From Gammaproteobacteria bacterium (GTDB lineage Bacteria > Pseudomonadota > Gammaproteobacteria > Steroidobacterales > Rariloculaceae), in NCBI GenBank assembly GCA_036555065.1, contig DATBLZ010000166.1, positions 9,043 to 73,042 on the forward strand: 64,000 nucleotides of DNA. The letters run 5' to 3'. The notes beneath the pieces are model-generated. The model searched no databases. It had not been told where the DNA came from and saw nothing but the letters and a program-made list of their open reading frames with translations. A program made the translations under genes and the position numbers. This document shows positions 9,746-18,746 of the stretch, piece by piece. Positions within the stretch are counted from its first letter, which is position 1, and each line of letters opens with the position of its first letter.

Positions 9746-11790
9746 TTCTCGCTTACCACCAGATGGGCTGCGTTGGGATCAGCGCGCTGCTCCGAAACGG
9801 GTTCGACGTTTGCGCGGTGTTCACGCACGTCGATCGCCCCGGGGAAAACACCTGGTTTCAGTCCGTCGCCGAGCTCGCCGCGGGCGCCAACCTACCGGTG
9901 TTCGCTCCCGACGCCGTGGATCACCCGTTGTGGCTCGAGAAGATCCGCGCGCTGCAGCCGGACGTGCTGTTCTCGTTCTACTACCGGAACGTCGTGTCCG
10001 ACCAATTGCTGGCGATTCCCCGCGCCGGCAGCTTCAATCTGCACGGCTCGTTGTTGCCGAAGTATCGCGGCCGCGCGCCGGCAAACTGGGCGATCCTCAA
10101 CGGGGAAACGGAAACCGGCATCACGCTTCACCACATGGTCGCGCGGCCGGATGCGGGGGACATCGTCGCGCAGCGGCGCGTATCGATAGACCCGACCGAC
10201 GATGCCCGGTCGCTCAATCTCAAGCTCGCCGCGGCGGCAGGGCCTCTACTCGACGAGTGCCTGCCGCTGATTCGGGCAGGAACGGCGCCGCGGCATCCGC
10301 AGGACGAGACCGCCGCTACGTACTACGGCCGGCGGTCGCCTGAAGACGGTGCAATCGATTGGCGCAGGCCGGCGCGCGAGATCAGCAATCTCGTGAGAGC
10401 GGTCGCGCTGCCGTACCCCGGTGCTTTCACGCATGCGCGCTCGACGAAGGTCTTCGTGTGGCAGGCGACGGCGGTCGCGGCTCGAACCACAGCGGCGCCC
10501 GGCACGATCGTGAGCGCCGATCCGTTGGAGGTGGCGTGCGGAGACGGTGTATTGCGCGTGCACCACGCCCAGGCAGACGCCGGCATCTACTGCACGGGTG
10601 CCCAGCTCGCTTCCGAGCTTCATCTCGTCGTAGGTAGCCGACTCGAGGATGCGAAAGAGCGGCGCTCAATGCGCAAGCGCAAGACGCGCGTCCTCATCCT
10701 CGGCGTCAACGGCTTTATCGGCAACTTTTTGAGCGAGCGTCTGCTTGCCGAGGGGCGCTATGAAGTGCACGGAATGGATTTGAACGACTCTGCGATCAAA
10801 CGCCTCGAGGCGCATGCCGACTTCCATTTTCACGAGGGCGACATATCGATCCACCGCGAGTGGATCGAGTATCACATCAAGAAGTGTGACGTCATTGTTC
10901 CGTTGGTCGCTATCGCCACGCCCATCGAGTACACACGCAACCCGCTGCGTGTTTTCGAGCTCGACTTCGAGGAGAACCTGAGGATCGTTCGGTACTGCGT
11001 CAAGTACAAGAAACGCCTCGTGTTCCCTTCGACGTCCGAAGTGTATGGCATGTGCCAGGACGACGAGTTCGACGAGGACACGTCCCGGTTGATCCTCGGC
11101 CCGATCCGGAAGCAACGATGGATCTACTCGGCATCGAAGCAATTGCTCGATCGCGTAATCTGGGCTTACGGACAACAGGACGGCCTCAAGTTCACGCTGT
11201 TCCGCCCGTTCAATTGGATCGGCCCGCGCCTCGATTCCCTCGAAGCTGCGCGCATCGGCAGCTCGCGCGCGATTACGCAGCTCATTTTGAACTTGGTCGA
11301 GGGCACGCCGTTGCTCCTCATCGACGGGGGCCGCCAGAAGCGGTGTTTCACGGATGTCAGCGAAGGCATCGAGTGCCTCTTCAGGATCATCGCCAACGAG
11401 CAAGGCCGTTGCGATGGGCGCATTTTCAACATCGGCAATCCGCGCAACGAGGCCAGCATCAAAGAGCTCGCGGAGCTCCTCGTCCGGGAGTTCCGCCGTC
11501 ATCCCCTCCGCGATCACTTTCCGCCGCTCGCCGGCCTCAAAGAAATCGAGAGTGCCGCGTACTATGGACGCGGCTATGAAGACGTCACTCATCGGCGCCC
11601 CAGCATCGAGAACGCGGCTCGACTTCTGAAGTGGGTTCCAACGATTCCACTCGAAGAGTCGGTGAAGGGAACTCTCGACTATTTTCTGCGCGATCATCTC
11701 GAATCGATCCTGGGCGCGACGGCTTCAACCGCGACGCCATTGCGACAACAGGCCGCTCGGGCCGAAGCGAGACTCACAGGGCGGCCGTAG
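9733..11790 (+). CDS. arnA: bifunctional UDP-Ara4N formyltransferase / UDP-glucuronate C-4'' oxidative decarboxylase
   Basis: 685 aa from ATG 9733; ORF-track start 9142 is an out-of-context extension overlapping arnC. The N-terminal formyltransferase has [15 protein letters not shown]. The C-terminal SDR has [14 protein letters not shown] and YSASKQLLD. Confidence 0.92.
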   Translation: MRAVVLAYHQMGCVGISALLRNGFDVCAVFTHVDRPGENTWFQSVAELAAGANLPVFAPDAVDHPLWLEKIRALQPDVLFSFYYRNVVSDQLLAIPRAGSFNLHGSLLPKYRGRAPANWAILNGETETGITLHHMVARPDAGDIVAQRRVSIDPTDDARSLNLKLAAAAGPLLDECLPLIRAGTAPRHPQDETAATYYGRRSPEDGAIDWRRPAREISNLVRAVALPYPGAFTHARSTKVFVWQATAVAARTTAAPGTIVSADPLEVACGDGVLRVHHAQADAGIYCTGAQLASELHLVVGSRLEDAKERRSMRKRKTRVLILGVNGFIGNFLSERLLAEGRYEVHGMDLNDSAIKRLEAHADFHFHEGDISIHREWIEYHIKKCDVIVPLVAIATPIEYTRNPLRVFELDFEENLRIVRYCVKYKKRLVFPSTSEVYGMCQDDEFDEDTSRLILGPIRKQRWIYSASKQLLDRVIWAYGQQDGLKFTLFRPFNWIGPRLDSLEAARIGSSRAITQLILNLVEGTPLLLIDGGRQKRCFTDVSEGIECLFRIIANEQGRCDGRIFNIGNPRNEASIKELAELLVREFRRHPLRDHFPPLAGLKEIESAAYYGRGYEDVTHRRPSIENAARLLKWVPTIPLEESVKGTLDYFLRDHLESILGATASTATPLRQQAARAEARLTGRP

Positions 11791-12690
11791 ATGGAGACGA
11801 CGCTCGCGCTACGCGTCGATGTCGATACCTTTCGTGGAACGCGCGACGGCGTCCCCAAGCTGTTGCGCATACTGGCCGCCCACAACGCCAAAGCGACGTT
11901 CTTTTTCACGGTGGGTCCCGACAACATGGGACGCCACGTCCGGAGGCTCCTGCGGCCGCGCTTCGCCGCGAAAATGCTGCGTTCGGGCGCCGCGAGCTTG
12001 TACGGTTGGGACATCCTGCTCGCCGGGACGTTTTGGCCCGGCCGCCACATTGGTAAGGCGCTCCACGAGGTATTACGGGCTACGGAAGCCGCCGGACACG
12101 AAGTGGGCCTCCACGCATGGGACCACCACAAGTGGCAGGTGGCCGCGTTACGCATGTCGGCAGCTGAGCTGCGATCGGAGATCGCTCGTGGCGTTGCGGC
12201 GTTCCAAGAAGCACTGGGTCGCGCCCCGGATTGCTCGGCGGCGGCCGGTTGGATCTGCAACGAACGCGTGCTGGCGGCAAAGGAGGAGTTTGGCTTTCGG
12301 TACAACAGCGATTGCCGGGGGCGAACGATCTTCGTGCCGGTCGTCGGCGGCCGGCGTCTGGCGCCCCAAATCCCGACGACTCTTCCGACCTACGACGAGG
12401 TCGTCGGTCGAGCAGGCGTGACCGACGAAACCTACAACGCGTGGCTACTCGAGCAGATCCTCCCGAACCAACTCAACGTGCTCACCATCCATGCCGAAGT
12501 CGAGGGGATCTCGCGCGCGGCGCTGTTCGACTCGTTCCTCGCAACGTGCGCGCAGAGAGGTGTTCGAATCTCGCCCGTAAGGAGCGCATTAGACGGGGAA
12601 ACGCCTCTTCCGCTCGATGGGATCGATCAAGGCCCGATCCCCGGTCGAGACGGCAGCGTGTGTTGGCAGCGCTCTGCCACTGCGTCCTGA
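11791..12690 (+). CDS. arnD: 4-deoxy-4-formamido-L-arabinose-phosphoundecaprenol deformylase
   Basis: 299 aa, polysaccharide-deacetylase-like (LRVDVDTFRGT, GLHAWDHHKW). The start directly abuts the arnA stop. Confidence 0.85.
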   Translation: METTLALRVDVDTFRGTRDGVPKLLRILAAHNAKATFFFTVGPDNMGRHVRRLLRPRFAAKMLRSGAASLYGWDILLAGTFWPGRHIGKALHEVLRATEAAGHEVGLHAWDHHKWQVAALRMSAAELRSEIARGVAAFQEALGRAPDCSAAAGWICNERVLAAKEEFGFRYNSDCRGRTIFVPVVGGRRLAPQIPTTLPTYDEVVGRAGVTDETYNAWLLEQILPNQLNVLTIHAEVEGISRAALFDSFLATCAQRGVRISPVRSALDGETPLPLDGIDQGPIPGRDGSVCWQRSATAS

Positions 12691-12692
12691 CC

Positions 12693-14360
12693 GTGAGCGT
12701 CGCAGCGACAAAAAGGAGCGAATACTTCGCGCCGCTCGTCCTCATCACACTCTTCGCGATCGTCTATGTGGCGCCGATCGGCTTTCGACCGTTAGTAAGT
12801 CCCGACGAAGTTCGTTACGGCGAGGTCGCCCGCGAAATGCTCGTGTCGGGCGATTGGGTCTCGCCGCGGTTCAACGGTGTCCGCTATTTCGAGAAGCCGA
12901 TTCTCGGACACTGGATCAACGCGCTCTCCCTGGCGGCGTTTGGCGAGAACGAGTTCGCGGTGCGGTTCCCGGCCGCGCTAGCGACGGGCTTGACTGCATT
13001 GATCATCTTTGCGCTCACGCGGCGCTTTGTCTCCGGCTCGAGCGCAACATGGGCTGCCGCGATTTTCTTGACGACGGCTCTGGTCGGCGCCGTTGGGACG
13101 TTCGCCGTGCTCGACCCTTTCCTGAGCTTGTGCACGACGGCCGCCGTCGCGGCCTGGTATCTCGCGCTACACGAACCGGCCGTAGCAAAGCGAGCTCGCT
13201 ATCTCGTGGCATGCGGTGTGGCGTGTGGTGCGGCGTTCCTCGTCAAGGGCTTTATCGGCTGGGCTGTTCCGGCATTGGCCGCGGGAGGATACCTCGTCGT
13301 CCGGCGGCAGTGGCGCTCGTTAGCCACTCTTTCCTGGGTACCGATCCTCGTCGCGATCCTCGTGGCAGCTCCTTGGGCGATTCTCATTCACGAGCGCGAG
13401 CCGGATTTCTGGAACTACTTCTTCTGGGTCGAGCACGTGAAGCGCTTTGCCGGCGACAACGCGCAGCATTCGCGCCCATTCTGGTTCTACATAGCGACAC
13501 TGCCCGGCCTCGCCTGGCCTTGGACGTTGGCGTGGCCCGCTGGTTTCTTGGGTCTGCGCTCCGTGTTGCGACGTGATTCCTTTCTCGTGTTTGTTCTAAT
13601 GTGGGCGCTGCTGCCGTTGGCATTTTTCTCGCTCGCCCACGGGAAGCTGCTGACTTACATTCTTCCGTGCTTTCCCGCGTTCGCCATCCTCCTTGCTGCG
13701 GGGCTCGAGCAGCACGTCAGCCGGTCTCCTCAGCGAGTCATGCGCGGTGCGACTCTCGCGCTTGCCGGCATATTGGCGCTCGAGCTTGCGGCCATTCTCG
13801 TGGCGCAGGCGGGTGGGGTCGGCCGCCCGCTTTACGGCGCGTCCGAGTCCCTGAAGGCAACCGCACTGTGCGTTCTCCTCGGCGTGGGTGTTTGCAGCTC
13901 CGTTGTCGCCTTTCGGAGTGCGCGTTCGGTCACTCGCCTCATGGCGCTCGCGATCGGAGGAGTCGCATTCATCTTGCCGCTCCAGGTCCTTCTGCCCGAA
14001 CGTGTGCTCGACGTAACGGCGCCGACTGTCGCCGTCGCGCGGCACGCGCCTTCGGCGGAGACTGTGGTCGTCGCCGACGCATCGCGATTCGGAACGGTCG
14101 CGTGGACTCTGAAACGAGACGACATCTACGTCGTGAGCTCGGGCGAGATCGGGTATGGCCTCTCGTATCCCGAGGCCCGTTTCCGCGAGCTCACGGGGCG
14201 GATGCTCGCCGCCCTCATCGAGACTGCCGGCGCGCGCGCGGATATTCTCATCGTTTGTAAGCCCGCGACGGTCGCGGCGATCGGCGCGATGCTCCCCGCA
14301 AGGGCCATGCGCTTCCAGGATGGCTCGACCGTGTTCGTCGAGATCCCGAGGGCGAAGTGA
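12693..14360 (+). CDS. arnT: undecaprenyl phosphate-alpha-Ara4N:lipid A arabinosyltransferase (GT83)
   Basis: 555 aa from GTG 12693. N-terminal signature SPDEVRYGEVAREMLVSGDWVSPRFNGVRYFEKPILGHW matches the ArnT/PMT_2 family; many TM helices. The ORF-track start at 12231 overlaps arnD. Confidence 0.85.
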   Translation: MSVAATKRSEYFAPLVLITLFAIVYVAPIGFRPLVSPDEVRYGEVAREMLVSGDWVSPRFNGVRYFEKPILGHWINALSLAAFGENEFAVRFPAALATGLTALIIFALTRRFVSGSSATWAAAIFLTTALVGAVGTFAVLDPFLSLCTTAAVAAWYLALHEPAVAKRARYLVACGVACGAAFLVKGFIGWAVPALAAGGYLVVRRQWRSLATLSWVPILVAILVAAPWAILIHEREPDFWNYFFWVEHVKRFAGDNAQHSRPFWFYIATLPGLAWPWTLAWPAGFLGLRSVLRRDSFLVFVLMWALLPLAFFSLAHGKLLTYILPCFPAFAILLAAGLEQHVSRSPQRVMRGATLALAGILALELAAILVAQAGGVGRPLYGASESLKATALCVLLGVGVCSSVVAFRSARSVTRLMALAIGGVAFILPLQVLLPERVLDVTAPTVAVARHAPSAETVVVADASRFGTVAWTLKRDDIYVVSSGEIGYGLSYPEARFRELTGRMLAALIETAGARADILIVCKPATVAAIGAMLPARAMRFQDGSTVFVEIPRAK

Positions 14361-14713
14361 TCTCGACCACCGCATTTCTCATTGCCGCGGTGGCCCTCTT
14401 GGCTGCGGGCCAGGTGCTACAAAAGCTCGGCGCCGCGCGCCACCTCGCCGATGCAAAGCAGGCGGCAGATTGGGGCCGCGCGCTTCTGTCGCCCGAGCTC
14501 TTGGGGGCGGCGCTGTGCTTGGCATTGGGAATGGTCGCATGGCTCTTCGTCCTCTACAGTACGGATGTCAGCCGCGCGTTTCCGATCCTGAGCTTTGGCT
14601 CGATCGTCGTTCTGGCTGCGTCGCGTTGGTATCTGAAAGAGCACGTGCCGGCGCATCGGTGGGCCGGCGCGCTTCTGATCGTCGTCGGTATTGTGCTCGT
14701 GTCCGCGTCATGA
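14357..14713 (+). CDS. arnE: undecaprenyl-phosphate-Ara4N flippase subunit ArnE (SMR/EamA-like)
   Basis: 118 aa, four predicted TM helices. GTGA overlap with the arnT stop. Position in the arn operon supports the call. Confidence 0.65.
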   Translation: MISTTAFLIAAVALLAAGQVLQKLGAARHLADAKQAADWGRALLSPELLGAALCLALGMVAWLFVLYSTDVSRAFPILSFGSIVVLAASRWYLKEHVPAHRWAGALLIVVGIVLVSAS

Positions 14714-15114
14714 TCGTCCGCTCGCGCTCGGTCGGACTCATGGCCCTAACGACATCCGTCGTTCTGTCCGCCGTCGGCCAACTCGGCATGAAAGTCGGCA
14801 TGCAAAGAATGCACGTCCTTGCAGCCGACGCTGTTCAAATGACGTGGCCCCCGCTCGAGCCCGTCGCTTTCTGGATCGTCGTCGGTATCGCGTCGTATGT
14901 GCTTTCGCTGGCCGCCTGGCTCGTGGTGCTCATTCGCTATCCATTGAGCTATGCGTATCCGTTTTTGGGGCTGAGCTACGTGCTCGTCTACATCGGCGCG
15001 ACTCAATGGGAGGAGCTCGCGGAGCCCGTCACGCCGCTAAGGACGATCGGCACGATCTGCGTAATCGCGGGCGTCGCGCTTGTATCGGCGCGTGCGAAGC
15101 ACGACAGCTTTTGA
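14710..15114 (+). CDS. arnF: undecaprenyl-phosphate-Ara4N flippase subunit ArnF (SMR/EamA-like)
   Basis: 134 aa from ATG 14710, with an ATGA overlap on arnE. Four hydrophobic helices. Position after arnE supports the call. Confidence 0.6.
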   Translation: MIVRSRSVGLMALTTSVVLSAVGQLGMKVGMQRMHVLAADAVQMTWPPLEPVAFWIVVGIASYVLSLAAWLVVLIRYPLSYAYPFLGLSYVLVYIGATQWEELAEPVTPLRTIGTICVIAGVALVSARAKHDSF

Positions 15115-15136
15115 CGGTTCCGACCGTCCAACGCGT

Positions 15137-16837
15137 ATGGAGTCCCCACGCACTTCGAGCCGCGTCCGCTCGCGCACGTGCCGGGCGCGCGGGCATCGCG
15201 CCGTGGGTTCCGCCTCCGCGGTCGCCTCGGCACTACTAGCGGCCGCGGTTCAAGCGCAAACGCCCACGACCCCCGATGCGGCCATCGTCGATGCCGAGCT
15301 CGAGCAGGCCGGCGCCACGATCCGCGCGATCAACGTGACGGTCGACAACGTGTTCGACCCGAGCAATCCGAAGGAAGACAAGGCGCTCTATCGGTGGGCC
15401 AACAACGTGCACGTGCGCACTCGGGTCCCGGTCATCGAGAACGCGCTACTATTCCAAGGCGGCGACCGCTACGAGGCCCGCGTGCTCGACGAATCGGCTC
15501 GCGCGCTGCGCGGACGAGGCTATCTCGCCGACGTGAAAATCGGTCCCGAGAGCTACGATCCCGTCGCCAACACGGTCGCCGTCGATGTCCGCGTCCGCGA
15601 CTCATGGACGCTCGCGCCCGAGCTCAAGTTCTCGCACCGCGGCGGCCAGAGTGAATGGGGCGTCGGCATCGACGACCGCAACCTACTCGGCACGGGCAAA
15701 CAGCTCACGCTCATCGAAAAAAACCTGTACGACCGCAGCGAAACGTTGCTGAGCTACGGCGACCCAAATCTGCTCGGTAGCCGCGTGCATCTCAACGCCG
15801 TGCTTGCGGACGCGAGCGATGGTCACCGGCATGCAATTGTCGCGGAGCGCCCGTTCTACTCGCTCGACACGCGTTGGATGCTCGGTGGAAACGCGTTCGA
15901 CGAGCAGCGCGTCGATCCGATCTACGATCGCGGTGAGGAGATCGACGAGTTCGGGCACGACGTCAACGGATTCACGCTCCAAGGCGGCTGGTCGCGCGGC
16001 TTCGTCGACGGTCGCGCTAAGCGGTTGTTGCTCGGCATTTCCTCGACGGAGGACGTGTTCTACGCGACGCTCGATACGCCCGAGCCGATGCTGCTTCCCG
16101 AGAACCGCAAGCTCGTTTACCCTTGGGTTGGATGGCAGGTGCTCGCCGACGACTATCGCGAAATGAGCGAGCTCAACGACATCGGCCGCACCGAGGACAT
16201 CTCGCTCGGCACGAGCCTTTTCATGAGCGTCGGGTTCGCCGATACGCGCTTCGGCTCCGACCGCGATGCGACGCTGCTGCGCGCGTCGTTCCAAAAAGGT
16301 TGGGAGCCCGGCGGGCCGGGCCGGTTGCTTACGCTGAGTGCGGAAGGCTCGACGCGGGACGAGGATCAGGGGCTGCAGAATTCGATCGTCGAGGCCGCGG
16401 CCCGTTACTACCTCCGCAACTCCGAGAGTCGTTTGCTCGCGGTCACGGCGGCCTTTACCGCGGCGAACAACCTCGACAGCGAGTCGCAGATTTTGCTCGG
16501 CGGCGACAACGGCTTGCGCGGCTACCCGCTGCGTTATCAGGCCGGGGAGCGACGCTCGTTACTGTCGGTCGAAGAACGGTTCTTCACCGATGTCTATCCG
16601 TGGCGACTGTTCCGCATCGGCTATGCGGCGTTTCTAGACGTGGGCCGCGTGTCAGGAACGGATCCGCGTGCGGCGCCGAGCCTCGGAACCTTGTATGACA
16701 TTGGCTTCGGACTGCGCCTGAGCTCGCCGCGCGCAAGCGGCAAATCCGTGATGCACATCGACCTGGCGTTCCCGCTGAACGGCGACCCGACGATCGACAC
16801 GATGCAGCTCATCGTCGAGGCGAAAAGCTCGTTTTAG
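15137..16837 (+). CDS. Omp85/BamA-TamA superfamily outer-membrane protein (single POTRA-like N-terminus plus beta-barrel)
   Basis: 566 aa from ATG 15137. Signal peptide (SAVASALLAAAVQAQT) and NLLGTGKQLTL motif. Alternating beta-strand pattern ends in the aromatic terminus IVEAKSSF. Starts 22 bp after arnF. Confidence 0.65.
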   Translation: MESPRTSSRVRSRTCRARGHRAVGSASAVASALLAAAVQAQTPTTPDAAIVDAELEQAGATIRAINVTVDNVFDPSNPKEDKALYRWANNVHVRTRVPVIENALLFQGGDRYEARVLDESARALRGRGYLADVKIGPESYDPVANTVAVDVRVRDSWTLAPELKFSHRGGQSEWGVGIDDRNLLGTGKQLTLIEKNLYDRSETLLSYGDPNLLGSRVHLNAVLADASDGHRHAIVAERPFYSLDTRWMLGGNAFDEQRVDPIYDRGEEIDEFGHDVNGFTLQGGWSRGFVDGRAKRLLLGISSTEDVFYATLDTPEPMLLPENRKLVYPWVGWQVLADDYREMSELNDIGRTEDISLGTSLFMSVGFADTRFGSDRDATLLRASFQKGWEPGGPGRLLTLSAEGSTRDEDQGLQNSIVEAAARYYLRNSESRLLAVTAAFTAANNLDSESQILLGGDNGLRGYPLRYQAGERRSLLSVEERFFTDVYPWRLFRIGYAAFLDVGRVSGTDPRAAPSLGTLYDIGFGLRLSSPRASGKSVMHIDLAFPLNGDPTIDTMQLIVEAKSSF

Positions 16838-16839
16838 GG

Positions 16840-16930
<91 letters not shown>

Positions 16931-16979
16931 GCCGGCCAATCTAGCAGCGCGGCGGACGACGGGCAAATCGAGTTGCGGC

Positions 16980-17321
16980 CTAAGCCTTGCTCGGCAGACC
17001 GTATTGGTGGACGCGGACCTTCTCGAGCGTAACGAGACCGCTCGCCATCATGCCTTCGAGCACGGGTAGGAAGCGCTCAATTTTTTCTTCGCTGTCGACG
17101 ATCTCGATGACCATCGGCAGGTCGTCGGAGAGCTCGAGGATCTTTGCGGTATGCAGCACGCTGCTTGCGCCAAAGCCCTGCAGGCCGCGAAGCACAGTCG
17201 CACCGGCGAGGCCCTGGGCGCGGGCTTTCTGCACGATGGCTTCGTAGAGCGGCCGGTGCTCGTAGCGATCACGCTCACCGACGAAGAGCCGCAGCAGCGT
17301 CGATTGTTCCGGGATTTTCAT
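16980..17321 (-). CDS. DUF190 (PII-like fold) protein, crcB-associated
   Basis: 113 aa from ATG 17321, preceded by an AGGAGA RBS. Sequence LRLFVGERDRYEHRPLYEAIVQKARAQGLAGATVLRGLQGFG is typical of DUF190. Lies immediately downstream of crcB. Confidence 0.8.
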   Translation of the reverse strand: MKIPEQSTLLRLFVGERDRYEHRPLYEAIVQKARAQGLAGATVLRGLQGFGASSVLHTAKILELSDDLPMVIEIVDSEEKIERFLPVLEGMMASGLVTLEKVRVHQYGLPSKA

Positions 17322-17331
17322 AACGCTTCTC

Positions 17332-17718
17332 CTACGGACGCGCCAGCACCGTCGCGGCCGCGTATCCGAGCCAGACGGCAATGAGGCAGAGGACTATCGA
17401 CAGCAGAACGTTGGCGACGGCGAAGAGCCAGTCGCCGTCACGCACGAGGTTCAGCGTTTCCAAGCTGAACGATGAAAACGTCGTGTACCCCCCGAGAACG
17501 CCGATCAAGAGAAATGCCCGCACGTCGGGCGCCGCCAGTACACGGCCATCCGGCGCCATGAGCGCCGCAAGGAAGCCGATCAGCAGCGACCCCAAGACGT
17601 TGACGATGAGCGTTCCCCACGGAAACGATGCGCCGAGCCAACGCGCAGCAAGACCGCTGCAACCATAACGCGCGACGCCGCCGATGGCGCTGCCGAGCGC
17701 AATCCACAAATACGTCAT
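17332..17718 (-). CDS. crcB: fluoride ion channel CrcB/Fluc
   Basis: 128 aa from ATG 17718, four TM helices. Contains GGVARY and the GGYTTFSSFSLE signature. Confidence 0.9.
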   Translation of the reverse strand: MTYLWIALGSAIGGVARYGCSGLAARWLGASFPWGTLIVNVLGSLLIGFLAALMAPDGRVLAAPDVRAFLLIGVLGGYTTFSSFSLETLNLVRDGDWLFAVANVLLSIVLCLIAVWLGYAAATVLARP

Positions 17719-17722
17719 GCCC

Positions 17723-18676
17723 TCAGGAGTCCTGGCAAGCAGCTTGTTTCGCCGCGTGCGCCTCTTCGTCCGCGTGCCGGTTCTCGTGATCGTCGCCGCA
17801 GGCGCCATACTCGATCTCGACGGTCGCGTGCGCGATCGCGAAGTGCTCGGCGAGCAGTTGCTTGATCTTGCGGACCGCCATCTCCGAATTGGTGCCGGCC
17901 TCGACGCTCGCATGCATCGTCACCATCGGCCGTTCTTCGCTGATCGACCACGCGTGGACATGGTGGATGTCTTGCACGAATGGCAGCGCCTTGCAGATGT
18001 CTTCCTTGACGGCGCGGACGTCGAAGCCCGACGGCGACCCTTCGAGCAGGATGTGGCCGCTGTCGGCGAGGACCTTCCACCCCGAGCGCAAGATGATCAC
18101 GGCGACGAGCATCGAGAGTAGGGGATCGATCGGCATCCACCGAGTCCAGAGAATCACGACGGATGCGGTCACTGCCGCAATCGAGCCGAGCATGTCGCCG
18201 GCGACATGGAGTGTTGCGGCGCGAATGTTGAGATTGCTCTTGTCCCCGCTGCGCAGGATCAGAAATGCGATGACATTGACGACGAGGCCCGCGAGCGCGA
18301 TCCAGAGCATCACGCCGCCCTGCACCTGAATCGGCGAGCGCAGCCGCTGAATGGCCTCGCCGACGATCCACGCAGCGATCGCGAAGAGCGCGATGCCGTT
18401 GACGAAGGCGACGAGCACGGAGAATCGGTCGAACCCGTATGTGCGGCGCCAATCCGCGGGCCGGCGCGCCATCCTGAAGCCGAGCCACGCCAACGCCAGC
18501 GACGCGAAATCCGTGAGCATGTGGCCCGCGTCGGCGAGGAGCGCGAGCGATCCGGCGACGACGCCGCCGACGACCTCGGCCACCATGAAGGCGCCGGTAA
18601 GCACGGCCGCTAGACCGACGCTGCGCTCGTTGACGGCGTGTCCGTGCCTTGCCTCGTGATCGGGGTGGTCGTGCAT
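17723..18676 (-). CDS. cation diffusion facilitator family divalent-metal efflux transporter (CzcD/ZitB-like)
   Basis: 317 aa with a His-rich N-terminus (HDHPDHEARHGH). HxxxD motifs in TM2 (AGHMLTD) and TM5 (HVAGDMLGS). His-rich C-terminal cytoplasmic domain. Confidence 0.9.
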   Translation of the reverse strand: MHDHPDHEARHGHAVNERSVGLAAVLTGAFMVAEVVGGVVAGSLALLADAGHMLTDFASLALAWLGFRMARRPADWRRTYGFDRFSVLVAFVNGIALFAIAAWIVGEAIQRLRSPIQVQGGVMLWIALAGLVVNVIAFLILRSGDKSNLNIRAATLHVAGDMLGSIAAVTASVVILWTRWMPIDPLLSMLVAVIILRSGWKVLADSGHILLEGSPSGFDVRAVKEDICKALPFVQDIHHVHAWSISEERPMVTMHASVEAGTNSEMAVRKIKQLLAEHFAIAHATVEIEYGACGDDHENRHADEEAHAAKQAACQDS

Positions 18677-18717
18677 TGTCGCGCCTACCGCGGCGCTCGA
18701 ATTCTACAGTGAGAAGA

Positions 18718-18741
18718 GTCGCGGCTGAAGCCGCTCCCACA
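18718..18741 (-). repeat. REP-like hairpin element, copy 1 (reverse orientation)
   Basis: GTCGCGGCTGAAGCCGCTCCCACA is the reverse complement of TGTGGGAGCGGCTTCAGCCGCGAC. Identical to the copy at 24523. Internal stem is GCGGC/GCCGC. Confidence 0.85.
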
Positions 18742-18746
18742 GGGGA

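Noticed and set aside
18677-18746. Fluoride riboswitch expected near crcB
   Set aside because: No crcB-motif-like conserved helices or pseudoknot sequence could be recognised by eye. The space is mostly occupied by a REP hairpin. A covariance-model scan is needed for certainty.
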